Part shown: positions 1-7,026 of the stretch, piece by piece
Numbering within the stretch: the stretch's first letter is position 1
Layout: every line of letters starts with the position of its first letter
Source of the DNA: a virus
Lineage: Duplodnaviria > Caudoviricetes
IMG/VR virus record: IMGVR_UViG_3300033407_000101
Span: 1-25,449 of that record
Length of the DNA stretch: 25,449 nt
Strand: one strand, 5' to 3'
Translations under genes and position numbers: made by a program
The notes under the pieces: generated by a model
The model's database searches: none
What the model was told of the DNA's origin: nothing
The model's input: the letters and a program-made list of their open reading frames with translations, nothing else

Positions 1-120
1 CTGTTGTGGGTACTGTCCCCCCTGTTGTGGGTACTGTCCCCCCTGTTGTGGGTACTGTCCCCCCTGTTGTGGGTACTGTCCCCCCTGTTGTGGGTACTGT
101 CCCCCCTGTTGTGGGTACTG
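1..120. repeat. Perfect 21-bp tandem repeat (ctgttgtgggtactgtccccc), about 5.7 copies in the window, encoding QYPQQGG on the minus strand
   Basis: Units start at 1, 22, 43, 64, 85 and 106 (partial). The array is cut by the window edge. Confidence 0.98.
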
Positions 121-759
121 TGGTTGCTGTTGTGGTGGAGCTACCGGCGTCTGACTCACACCAGGTGGCACGTACTGTGGTGTTTCTGCGAACAACTGTT
201 CAGGATCTGGCCCAGAGATGATGGGTTCACCGTACCCAATGAATTTAACCATTTCCAGCCCGACGTATATCCCCGGCTTGGTCGTGTCACCACGTTTGAG
301 CGAGATGTGAAGTTGCACAAAGTCTCCCCGCGCTGGTCGTTTGCCGTCAACTATCGGTCTGTTATTTTGGTCAATCACGATGGGTTGACCAAAATTCGTA
401 GATGCGGATAGCACCCAGTGACCAGCGAACCCTGGTTTGAGGGCATTCGCTGGGTGATCCCCGTCTCTAAGCTTCCACGAAAAGTTACCCCCGGTCTCGA
501 TCTGACCATCTGGGGTAAGTCCTATACCCGGAGACTGAGGGTAACCTTCACGGGCCACCCTCATCATTGCATCAAACATGGTCGGCAACGTAGGGTCCAT
601 TTTACTAAACGCCACACACACCACCCATGTGGTGTAGAGTTTACCATCCTTATTCTTAAGTAGCTTCCCACCGAACCCTTCGGTCCTCATTTCATATGGC
701 GAGCCCTGCACCTGTCGTCCAACGGGCGTCACTAATTTGAGCCTGTGTTCATTAGTCAT
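1..759 (-). CDS. Phage single-stranded DNA-binding protein (DUF2815/gp2.5-like OB-fold) with a Pro/Gln/Gly/Tyr repeat tail; 3' end runs off the window
   Basis: Translated by hand (absent from the ORF track because there is no stop in the window). ATG at 759, open for 253 codons: MTNEHRLKLVTPVGRQVQGSPYE...FSWKLRDGD...GFAGHWVLSAST...GDFVQLHIS...PGIYVGLEMVKFIGYGEPIISGPDPEQLF...PPQQQP(QYPQQGG)n. Overlaps the upstream nuclease gene by 8 nt. The nuclease-SSB gene order is typical. Confidence 0.82.
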   Translation of the reverse strand, partial: MTNEHRLKLVTPVGRQVQGSPYEMRTEGFGGKLLKNKDGKLYTTWVVCVAFSKMDPTLPTMFDAMMRVAREGYPQSPGIGLTPDGQIETGGNFSWKLRDGDHPANALKPGFAGHWVLSASTNFGQPIVIDQNNRPIVDGKRPARGDFVQLHISLKRGDTTKPGIYVGLEMVKFIGYGEPIISGPDPEQLFAETPQYVPPGVSQTPVAPPQQQPQYPQQGGQYPQQGGQYPQQGGQYPQQGGQYPQQGGQYPQQ

Positions 760-1843
760 CTCCGAATGCCTCTTCTATTAATTTACTTTCATCAATTATC
801 TTTATTACCGGTTTACCCGGCACCTTATGCACAAGCATCTGGTCCTTGCGAACCTTGATGCCGAATGTAGTTTCGACCGCCGCCGGGGACATCACCCGAT
901 TATCCGTTATGTCCACCCCGTATATGCACTTCAGGGCGACTTTCGCTTTAGCCTCATCTACCCACTTCAGCGAACTTCGTCCGGGAGCTATACCCAATCC
1001 CGGTAACCTGCCGCCTTCATTCAGGATAGCTTCAACATGCGCGGCCAGTGCGTCCCTGTATGCCTCAAGCCTCTTCAGGTACCCAACAGTTAGTTGATAC
1101 CGTTGCGACAGATCCACATCGATGGGGCCATCAAATGTGGCGAACTCTACGGCATTCATTACCACCGTGTCGTAAGCAGGGCAGCGCGTCATGAACGGGC
1201 ATTTGTAACAGTGGTCCCCGGTCACGTAAGGCAGCTCACCACTCACTAACTGAGTTATTAAAAGGTGCAACTCTCTCCCATACACCTGCACTTCATCGTC
1301 CGTTACCGTCGCCTCCCTCCATACGGTGCAGCTCGACCTGGGTTGGTAAATGAGCGTACCGTATGATGCGCACCGATGGGTGATCCTTGCGTTTATCAAG
1401 GCCATTTTTAGCTGCCATGTGTCCATACTCACCAACTTTCGTCCATACTTGAACTCCCCCACAATCACATGATCCGAGCGTGTGAGTTTAGCGTCGATCC
1501 TCCCCACTGATTGGATGGCTCCCGGAATGATGGCTTCGACCTCCAGCGCCACAGTGTAACCTTCGCTAACCTTCGCCCTCAGGTAACTCACAACATCGTT
1601 AGCGCAGGCCACCATCTCAGCCGTGACTGGTATATCGTCAATGCATAACGATTGACCCAGGTACACTTCCGGTTCGACACCACCTTCCCAAGCTTTCAGC
1701 ACGAGTTCGTGGAAGACTATACCCTCCCACTGCTGGTCAGACATCTCGTGCCTGACGTCTGACCCAAGCTTCTCGATGGACATCCGACTTGCCGGGCACC
1801 CCATAGTCCTGTCCATTGCTGAGAACTGTAACTTCATACTCAA
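752..1843 (-). CDS. DUF2800-type / Cas4-like PD-(D/E)XK exonuclease with a probable Fe-S or Zn cysteine cluster
   Basis: N-terminal GCPAS plus C-terminal HCYKCPFMTRC (1+3 Cys). Motifs EGIVFHE, GRIDA, GEFKYG and IYQPR. Sits next to the SSB gene. Confidence 0.85.
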   Translation of the reverse strand: MSMKLQFSAMDRTMGCPASRMSIEKLGSDVRHEMSDQQWEGIVFHELVLKAWEGGVEPEVYLGQSLCIDDIPVTAEMVACANDVVSYLRAKVSEGYTVALEVEAIIPGAIQSVGRIDAKLTRSDHVIVGEFKYGRKLVSMDTWQLKMALINARITHRCASYGTLIYQPRSSCTVWREATVTDDEVQVYGRELHLLITQLVSGELPYVTGDHCYKCPFMTRCPAYDTVVMNAVEFATFDGPIDVDLSQRYQLTVGYLKRLEAYRDALAAHVEAILNEGGRLPGLGIAPGRSSLKWVDEAKAKVALKCIYGVDITDNRVMSPAAVETTFGIKVRKDQMLVHKVPGKPVIKIIDESKLIEEAFGDD

Positions 1844-2514
1844 ACCCCGAACGTTGATGCAGCGTCCCGGATGGCATCTTGACCCCCTGATTTAAACGCT
1901 GCCTGTAGCGAATCGCTGGCCCACTTTCTGACAAATGCTCCCACTTCTTCGTGGTCAACCTCCTGATTCCACAATTTGGTCATTATCTTAGTTGCCACGC
2001 CATCCCCATCCAACTCAACTTGGGCCTGTGGTTGACCTCCTGTCAGTTCGTTCTCCACCCTGGGCACGAGATGGCCGTCGCAACCTCTCTTAAGTTTCCA
2101 TGTGCCATCTGCGTTAAGTTTCCGGGAGGCTGAGTGAATGCGCCCATCCCATGAGATCATTGCCCCTGGGATCGTCTTAGCCTTCGCCAGTTCCGAACCC
2201 AATTGAGCGCCATCAGCAATCCCGCCAGATGACTCATTACAATCGTAATCATAATTATGCCGCTCACCCTGTTGTGGTTTAGTCGGTGTCATTGCCCCTG
2301 GGATCGCTTTCGCCAGTTCCGGTGGTACCGAACCCAATTGAGCGCCATCAGCAATCCCGCCAGATGACTTATTACAATCAGTGTCATCAGAATCGCAATC
2401 ATAATCATGGTGTTCACCCTGTTGTGGTTGTAATTTAGTCAGTGTCGTCACCAACACTCTGAGTAACGATAACTCCACAGTACTGACATTACTTAAATCC
2501 AGCTCTAACCGCAT
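1840..2514 (-). CDS. Hypothetical phage protein with an internal duplication and a WDGRIHS...DGTWKLKRG motif
   Basis: 224-aa ORF with a GGAG RBS 8 nt upstream and a 4-nt ATGA overlap with the nuclease. I recall the WDxRIHS...DGxWKxKRG motif from phage proteins upstream of DUF2800 genes (not verified). Confidence 0.75.
   Translation of the reverse strand: MRLELDLSNVSTVELSLLRVLVTTLTKLQPQQGEHHDYDCDSDDTDCNKSSGGIADGAQLGSVPPELAKAIPGAMTPTKPQQGERHNYDYDCNESSGGIADGAQLGSELAKAKTIPGAMISWDGRIHSASRKLNADGTWKLKRGCDGHLVPRVENELTGGQPQAQVELDGDGVATKIMTKLWNQEVDHEEVGAFVRKWASDSLQAAFKSGGQDAIRDAASTFGV
2157..2440. repeat. Imperfect direct duplication (about 128 bp and 152 bp) within the hypothetical gene
   Basis: Both copies share ccgaacccaattgagcgccatcagcaatcccgccagatgact and tcaccctgttgtggtt. 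The protein has PQQGE..DYDC..SSGGIADGAQLGS..ELAKA..IPGAM twice. Confidence 0.93.
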
Positions 2515-2534
2515 TAATTTAACTCCGTCGTTGG

Positions 2535-2563
2535 TTGATTGTTGGGTAAGTATTACTTAGACT
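2535..2563 (+). promoter_or_regulatory. Putative sigma70 promoter for the helicase
   Basis: TTGATT (2535-2540), 17-bp spacer, TAGACT (2558-2563), upstream of the GGAGGAG RBS and the ATG at 2596. Confidence 0.5.
2547..2559. promoter_or_regulatory. Palindrome TAAGTA-T-TACTTA, candidate operator
   Basis: Perfect 6-1-6 inverted repeat overlapping both predicted -10 elements. Confidence 0.4.
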
Positions 2564-2577
2564 GTCACTTGTGTCAA
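2549..2577 (-). promoter_or_regulatory. Putative sigma70 promoter for the leftward nuclease/SSB operon
   Basis: Minus strand TTGACA (2577-2572), 17-bp spacer, AATACT (2554-2549), in the only sizeable intergenic gap of the window. Confidence 0.6.
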
Positions 2578-2595
2578 CATCAAAGTGGAGGAGAA

Positions 2596-4299
2596 ATGCA
2601 TCTGTCACTATACCCGCATCAAATTGAATTATACGATCTGTGCATGGAGGAGCTGAGGAATTGCAGGGCGGTGATGCCGATTTTATTCACCGGTGGTGGT
2701 AAAACGATAATCTGCACTAAGCTATTACAATCATTCACCGGGGTTCGGGTGATGATATTACACAGGCAGGAACTTGTGTATCAGACAAGCATGACACTTG
2801 CTAAATATGGCATGGCTCACAATTTGATATGCTCAACCAAAGTCTCTAAGTTCATATCACACTCTCACAGGAGAGTGTTCGGTAAAGTGTATTATCAGCC
2901 TAACGAGACGTTGGTCGTGGCGAGTATAGACACACTCCGGGCGAGGGCTAATGAATTGACGGGGTTCTTCAAAAAGGTGACCCTCGCTATATCTGACGAG
3001 GGTCACCACGTTCTGAAAGATAATAAATGGGGTCAAATCCTATCGTTAATGCCCAACGCGCAATACGTTCTCCCCACAGCGACTGCTGAGAGAACGGACG
3101 GTAAGGGCCTCGGTTCCCACAACGATGGCATGGCAGATGTGTTAATACAGATACCATGGCTAACTGGCCGGTGGATGATAGATAATGGCTTCCTGTGCGA
3201 CTATAAGTACTTTGCCCCGGAGTGCTCAATCAAGCGGGAAAGTATCGGTCGTGGTTCAGATGGCGACCTCATCCTGAGGCAGGTTGCTAACGCTAGCGAG
3301 AAATCGTCAATCATCGGGAATCTGGTGGACACCTACATGCGTCACACACCCAATTGCACAGCTCTGGCGTTCCTACCCTCTGTCAAAATGGCGACCAGTA
3401 TGGCTTCGGAATTCAACGCGGCGGGCAGTAGATTCGAAGTTCTTTCGGGTGGGACGGATGATTCTATCCGTGCGGCCATCGTGGATAAACTCCGGCGACA
3501 GGAAATCAACGGTGTGACCAACGTTGATCTGGTTGGGGAAGGGTTCGACCTGCCTGCGGTGACAACAGGGCTAATGGGGAGAATGACAGATTCGTGGATC
3601 GTGTTCTCTCAGCAAATGGGCAGATTCCTTCGCACTCATCCAAATAAGAAGGTCGCTTACATATTTGATCACGCTGGTAATCTTCGTAAAATGCAGCGGC
3701 TACCTGATGGCCGCGTTAATTACACACTTGAGCGAAGGGAGAAGCGGAAGAAATCGCTGATCGATTACGAACCGTTGAAGTTCTGCTCATCCTGCACCAG
3801 ACCTTATGAAAGGTTCATGACGCACTGCCCCCACTGTGGCTATATAGAGGAGCCTTCGGTCAGGTCTGAACCAAAATTTGTCGATGGGGATCTGTTTGAA
3901 GTTGACCAGGCTTACCTCAAACAACTAAGGGGGCGAATCACCAAATTGCAGAATCAATCAGGTGACATAACACAGGGACTGAGACGTAACGGTATGGATG
4001 GGGGCGCAGCTTACGTAATGGCGAAGAACTATTGGGCAAAGGGTGAAGCGAGCCGAACTACGTCTGAGTTAATCGACTGGTGGGCTGGGTTACAATGTAG
4101 CTACGGCCTCAGTGTACGTGAGGCCCACCGTAAATTCTTCATCGAGTTCGGTCATGACACATTAGCTGCCCAGTTACTGAGCGTTAGCGATGCTCAGGAG
4201 TTGCAACGGCGGATTATGACCGAACTCGATGAAAATGGGGTTGATTACAATGCTGCGTCTGGCCAATTGTCATCGTTGACCATCGGTCCCAAAACGTAA
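2596..4299 (+). CDS. SF2 DEAD/DEAH-box helicase (RadD/YejH-like, ResIII + Helicase_C) with a C-terminal Zn finger
   Basis: Q motif LYPHQ, Walker A TGGGKT, Walker B DEGHH, motif III TAT, motif V EGFDLP, motif VI QQMGRFLR, then CSSC...CPHC. Start moved from TTG 2539 to ATG 2596 because a GGAGGAG RBS lies just upstream of it. Confidence 0.93.
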   Translation: MHLSLYPHQIELYDLCMEELRNCRAVMPILFTGGGKTIICTKLLQSFTGVRVMILHRQELVYQTSMTLAKYGMAHNLICSTKVSKFISHSHRRVFGKVYYQPNETLVVASIDTLRARANELTGFFKKVTLAISDEGHHVLKDNKWGQILSLMPNAQYVLPTATAERTDGKGLGSHNDGMADVLIQIPWLTGRWMIDNGFLCDYKYFAPECSIKRESIGRGSDGDLILRQVANASEKSSIIGNLVDTYMRHTPNCTALAFLPSVKMATSMASEFNAAGSRFEVLSGGTDDSIRAAIVDKLRRQEINGVTNVDLVGEGFDLPAVTTGLMGRMTDSWIVFSQQMGRFLRTHPNKKVAYIFDHAGNLRKMQRLPDGRVNYTLERREKRKKSLIDYEPLKFCSSCTRPYERFMTHCPHCGYIEEPSVRSEPKFVDGDLFEVDQAYLKQLRGRITKLQNQSGDITQGLRRNGMDGGAAYVMAKNYWAKGEASRTTSELIDWWAGLQCSYGLSVREAHRKFFIEFGHDTLAAQLLSVSDAQELQRRIMTELDENGVDYNAASGQLSSLTIGPKT

Positions 4300-4799
4300 T
4301 CACGTATGTCAGATGCGTTGTCCATAGCTCCCAGCGCCTGCCAATGGCTCTTGGCTGACTCACTACAGGCGTACCAGTAAGCATCAAGGTTCGACAGGTC
4401 GGTATCATTGATGACCTTCGAGCCGAACTCCGTGACCAGCACAAAGTTCAGTGCGCCCCGGCTAATGACTGCCCTCGCCCTGTCGATCTCGACCGAACTC
4501 TGATCAACGGGTATACCATTGAACGACGCACCACCCAACCTTGATTTGTACTCTCTGGTCAGTAACTTACGGGCGTACCGCAATGCCCGTTGCAGGGTGG
4601 TGAATATAACCTCTCCGTCCCGGATTTTAGTATCACCAACAGTGATGTCATCTTCATCAGAAGATACGATGTCGTGAAGATCATCCTTAAACCATCCTAT
4701 AATGAGGTCCCCCACACATGCATGATTGCCCCGATTATCAATCTCAATTGGTGATTTATAAAGGACCGTGGCATCGGCCCTGTTTATGATCAACTGCAT
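4245..4799 (-). CDS. Tail fibre-associated protein (DUF4376-like, putative fibre assembly protein or chaperone)
   Basis: ATG at 4799 is 1 nt after the fibre stop (the track start at 4880 overlaps the fibre). The C-terminal half (LGGASFNGIPV...helical...terminal WP) resembles DUF4376-type proteins found after fibres. Confidence 0.55.
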   Translation of the reverse strand: MQLIINRADATVLYKSPIEIDNRGNHACVGDLIIGWFKDDLHDIVSSDEDDITVGDTKIRDGEVIFTTLQRALRYARKLLTREYKSRLGGASFNGIPVDQSSVEIDRARAVISRGALNFVLVTEFGSKVINDTDLSNLDAYWYACSESAKSHWQALGAMDNASDIRDYVLGPMVNDDNWPDAAL

Positions 4800-4800
4800 A

Positions 4801-7026
4801 TTAGTCTTCCCATGGTGCGCCGAACAGCAATTCAGTACTGGATACAGGCTTCCCAATGTATGGCCCATAATGCGTAGCACTTGTTGTTAAATGATTATGA
4901 GCCCGTCCAGCCTCTCCTAAAATAGCATAAGCCAATTGTGAAATCAGTGACACAGAGGCCCCCGTCAAGGTTACGATATCCCCGTGTGTCGAAAGTGTGA
5001 CATCCTCCCCATCTGATACAGAATTCCGGGCGATGAACACAGCTGATGCTACGTGATAATTTCGGTCATCCGGTTTGAAATTGAGTGCGTATATGCGAGC
5101 AATATCCAAGTAAGTCAGGAAATAACGACCGTTGGTAATGTCGTATGACATGTCAGCGTAGGGCAGAACGTTATTAACAGACGCGTCAATCTGGATGGCA
5201 TCGTAGCTTGATCCACGGTTCTGATTACGATGATATATGTACGCCTTCTCGTCACTAGCGGTGTCGTCATAGGTGACGAATACGGTCACTTCCTCTGCGT
5301 TGGGTGTAATTACACACCCGTCCATCAATGTTATTGTGTTAGTTGTCACCAACGTCCCGTGGCTAGCTGGCGATAGGGATAGGGATGCATTGGTTATCCG
5401 ATGTATGAGTATATTAGTGTTGTTGTCGTCATACCATAACAGAAGCGCAGCGCCCCACTGTGGGCTATAGGTGAGCACATTAGCTTCGTTCACATGAGTG
5501 CCTGACTCAATGACAATCGCGCTGCCATGACTCGCACTACTGTCAGTCAGGTAACTCAGTGCGTAGACCTCAAGGTTACCGCCGCTGGTGGTCGCAGCCA
5601 CGATTACCGACTGATCATCAGAATCATAAACGGCGGCCCGCTTGTTAATACCGGTTGGATATGTGGAAAACGAACTCATAGCGAACGACGATCCGAAGCT
5701 AATTGAGGTTCCGCTAACAGTACCCCAATAGCCTAAACCAACTGCCCCTTCATGCAGAAATATGAACACACGGGAGTTAGCGCTGTCATAACAACACGAG
5801 AAACCGTCCGTAGCGTCTGCGTCCGTGTGGATGGTCACAGGTGTGCCGAACGTAAGTGACCCGGCTGATGGGGCGCACACCACAGCGCTTATAGTGTTGG
5901 CGGTAAGGTCCGAATACAGCAGTATAATCTGGTCAGAATCTGAATCGTAACAATTAGCTATGTACCCAACTGTACCGCTAGCTGTTAAAATCAAGCCACT
6001 ATCAGCCATGACCAACCCTACGGAACCCGGATTATCAGATAGTGGGTGACTACACCAATACAGCTCCTTACCATCAATGTTCCCGGTGACGAACAGGTAA
6101 TGGTAACCATCCTCCACACTGTATACACAACTGCACAGGTTGTCAGCGGCATTGCCTCCACCGAAATCGAGGTTTGTGGTAACTGTTCCTACATTAAGGT
6201 ACGATCCGCGCATTTGCTCAACCTCGCCGGGAGCACCTATCGAAGGCACCACGAACGAACCTGCCGATATCGATCCCCGAGCGGTCCTTGTGGTTAATGT
6301 ATTGCTGATGTCACTAGGGGGCTTCCAGCTAACCGTAGTCTCCCCAGAATCAACCCCCAACCAATACCCACTCTTCCCACTAAGGCTGGGTAGCCCGGCG
6401 GCGGCCTGTGCGGCGGCTGCGGCGGTTTCGGCACTGTCCTTATAGCCCTCTGCCGTATCCGACCAGTATTTAGCACTGAACGTGGTTGAGCCGTCCCCAC
6501 CGTAATAAGTGGGTATCTCAGACTCGCTTACAGCCCAGTCCTTCGCACCGTTACCCCAGTGAAATGCGCTGAACGTGGTTGAGCCATCTCCGCCGCCATC
6601 CGTACTGACAGCAGTGTTAATGGCATTCCCGGCCCACTCCTTGCTACCGGCGGCATGATGGAGTGCTGACCGGTCAGTGGTGCCATTACCACCAGCATCC
6701 GTGCTAACCGCCACCCCTACAGCCGCCTGTGCCCACTCCTTGCTACCGGCGGCATGATGGAGTGCTGACCGGTCAGTGGTGCCATTACCACCAGCATCCG
6801 TGCTAACCGCCACCCCTACAGCCGCCTGTGCCCACTCCTCAGCATAGGTCACCTGGTCTGTGGAGTCGGAGAAGGTCGTATTCATCTGCCCTATCGATGT
6901 GTTCATTTCCACAACCATAGGCACCATCCATGTGAGCAAAGTATCAGCGTTGACCGAGAACGCTTCCCTGTCCCCATCCCGGTCAGGCAATGAGCCACCG
7001 TAAGTGGTGATTACGTCTATTGTCAT
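4801..7026 (-). CDS. Tail fibre / receptor-binding protein
   Basis: 741 aa, Ser/Thr/Gly/Ala-rich, at the end of the tail module. N-terminal attachment region, 33-aa repeats, an AAAAAAQAAAGLPSLSGKSGYWL linker, then repeated YDS..-hydrophobic-strand motifs suggesting a beta-propeller head. Confidence 0.8.
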   Translation of the reverse strand: MTIDVITTYGGSLPDRDGDREAFSVNADTLLTWMVPMVVEMNTSIGQMNTTFSDSTDQVTYAEEWAQAAVGVAVSTDAGGNGTTDRSALHHAAGSKEWAQAAVGVAVSTDAGGNGTTDRSALHHAAGSKEWAGNAINTAVSTDGGGDGSTTFSAFHWGNGAKDWAVSESEIPTYYGGDGSTTFSAKYWSDTAEGYKDSAETAAAAAQAAAGLPSLSGKSGYWLGVDSGETTVSWKPPSDISNTLTTRTARGSISAGSFVVPSIGAPGEVEQMRGSYLNVGTVTTNLDFGGGNAADNLCSCVYSVEDGYHYLFVTGNIDGKELYWCSHPLSDNPGSVGLVMADSGLILTASGTVGYIANCYDSDSDQIILLYSDLTANTISAVVCAPSAGSLTFGTPVTIHTDADATDGFSCCYDSANSRVFIFLHEGAVGLGYWGTVSGTSISFGSSFAMSSFSTYPTGINKRAAVYDSDDQSVIVAATTSGGNLEVYALSYLTDSSASHGSAIVIESGTHVNEANVLTYSPQWGAALLLWYDDNNTNILIHRITNASLSLSPASHGTLVTTNTITLMDGCVITPNAEEVTVFVTYDDTASDEKAYIYHRNQNRGSSYDAIQIDASVNNVLPYADMSYDITNGRYFLTYLDIARIYALNFKPDDRNYHVASAVFIARNSVSDGEDVTLSTHGDIVTLTGASVSLISQLAYAILGEAGRAHNHLTTSATHYGPYIGKPVSSTELLFGAPWED
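6632..6839. repeat. Exact 99-bp tandem duplication in the tail fibre (33 aa, EWAQAAVGVAVSTDAGGNGTTDRSALHHAAGSK), followed in the protein by two degenerate copies (to about 6460)
   Basis: gcccactcct... recurs at 6632, 6731 and 6830, with identical sequence between. Confidence 0.96.

Noticed and set aside
1-120. Possible CRISPR array or iterons near a Cas4-like gene
   Set aside because: Units are head-to-tail with no spacers, are a multiple of 3 and lie in frame in a CDS. No cas1/cas2 or other cas genes are present.
4-411. Plus-strand ORFs with (WVLSPLL)n and (GTVPPVV)n repeats, and ORF 418..663
   Set aside because: These are shadows of the stop-free 21-bp repeat and of the minus-strand SSB gene, which has recognisable motifs and operon context.
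2539-2595. N-terminal extension of the helicase from TTG 2539
   Set aside because: It overlaps the predicted promoters. ATG 2596 has a strong RBS and begins right at the Q motif.
4800-4880. Track start of the 211-aa ORF at 4880
   Set aside because: It overlaps the fibre gene by 80 nt. ATG 4799 directly follows the fibre stop.
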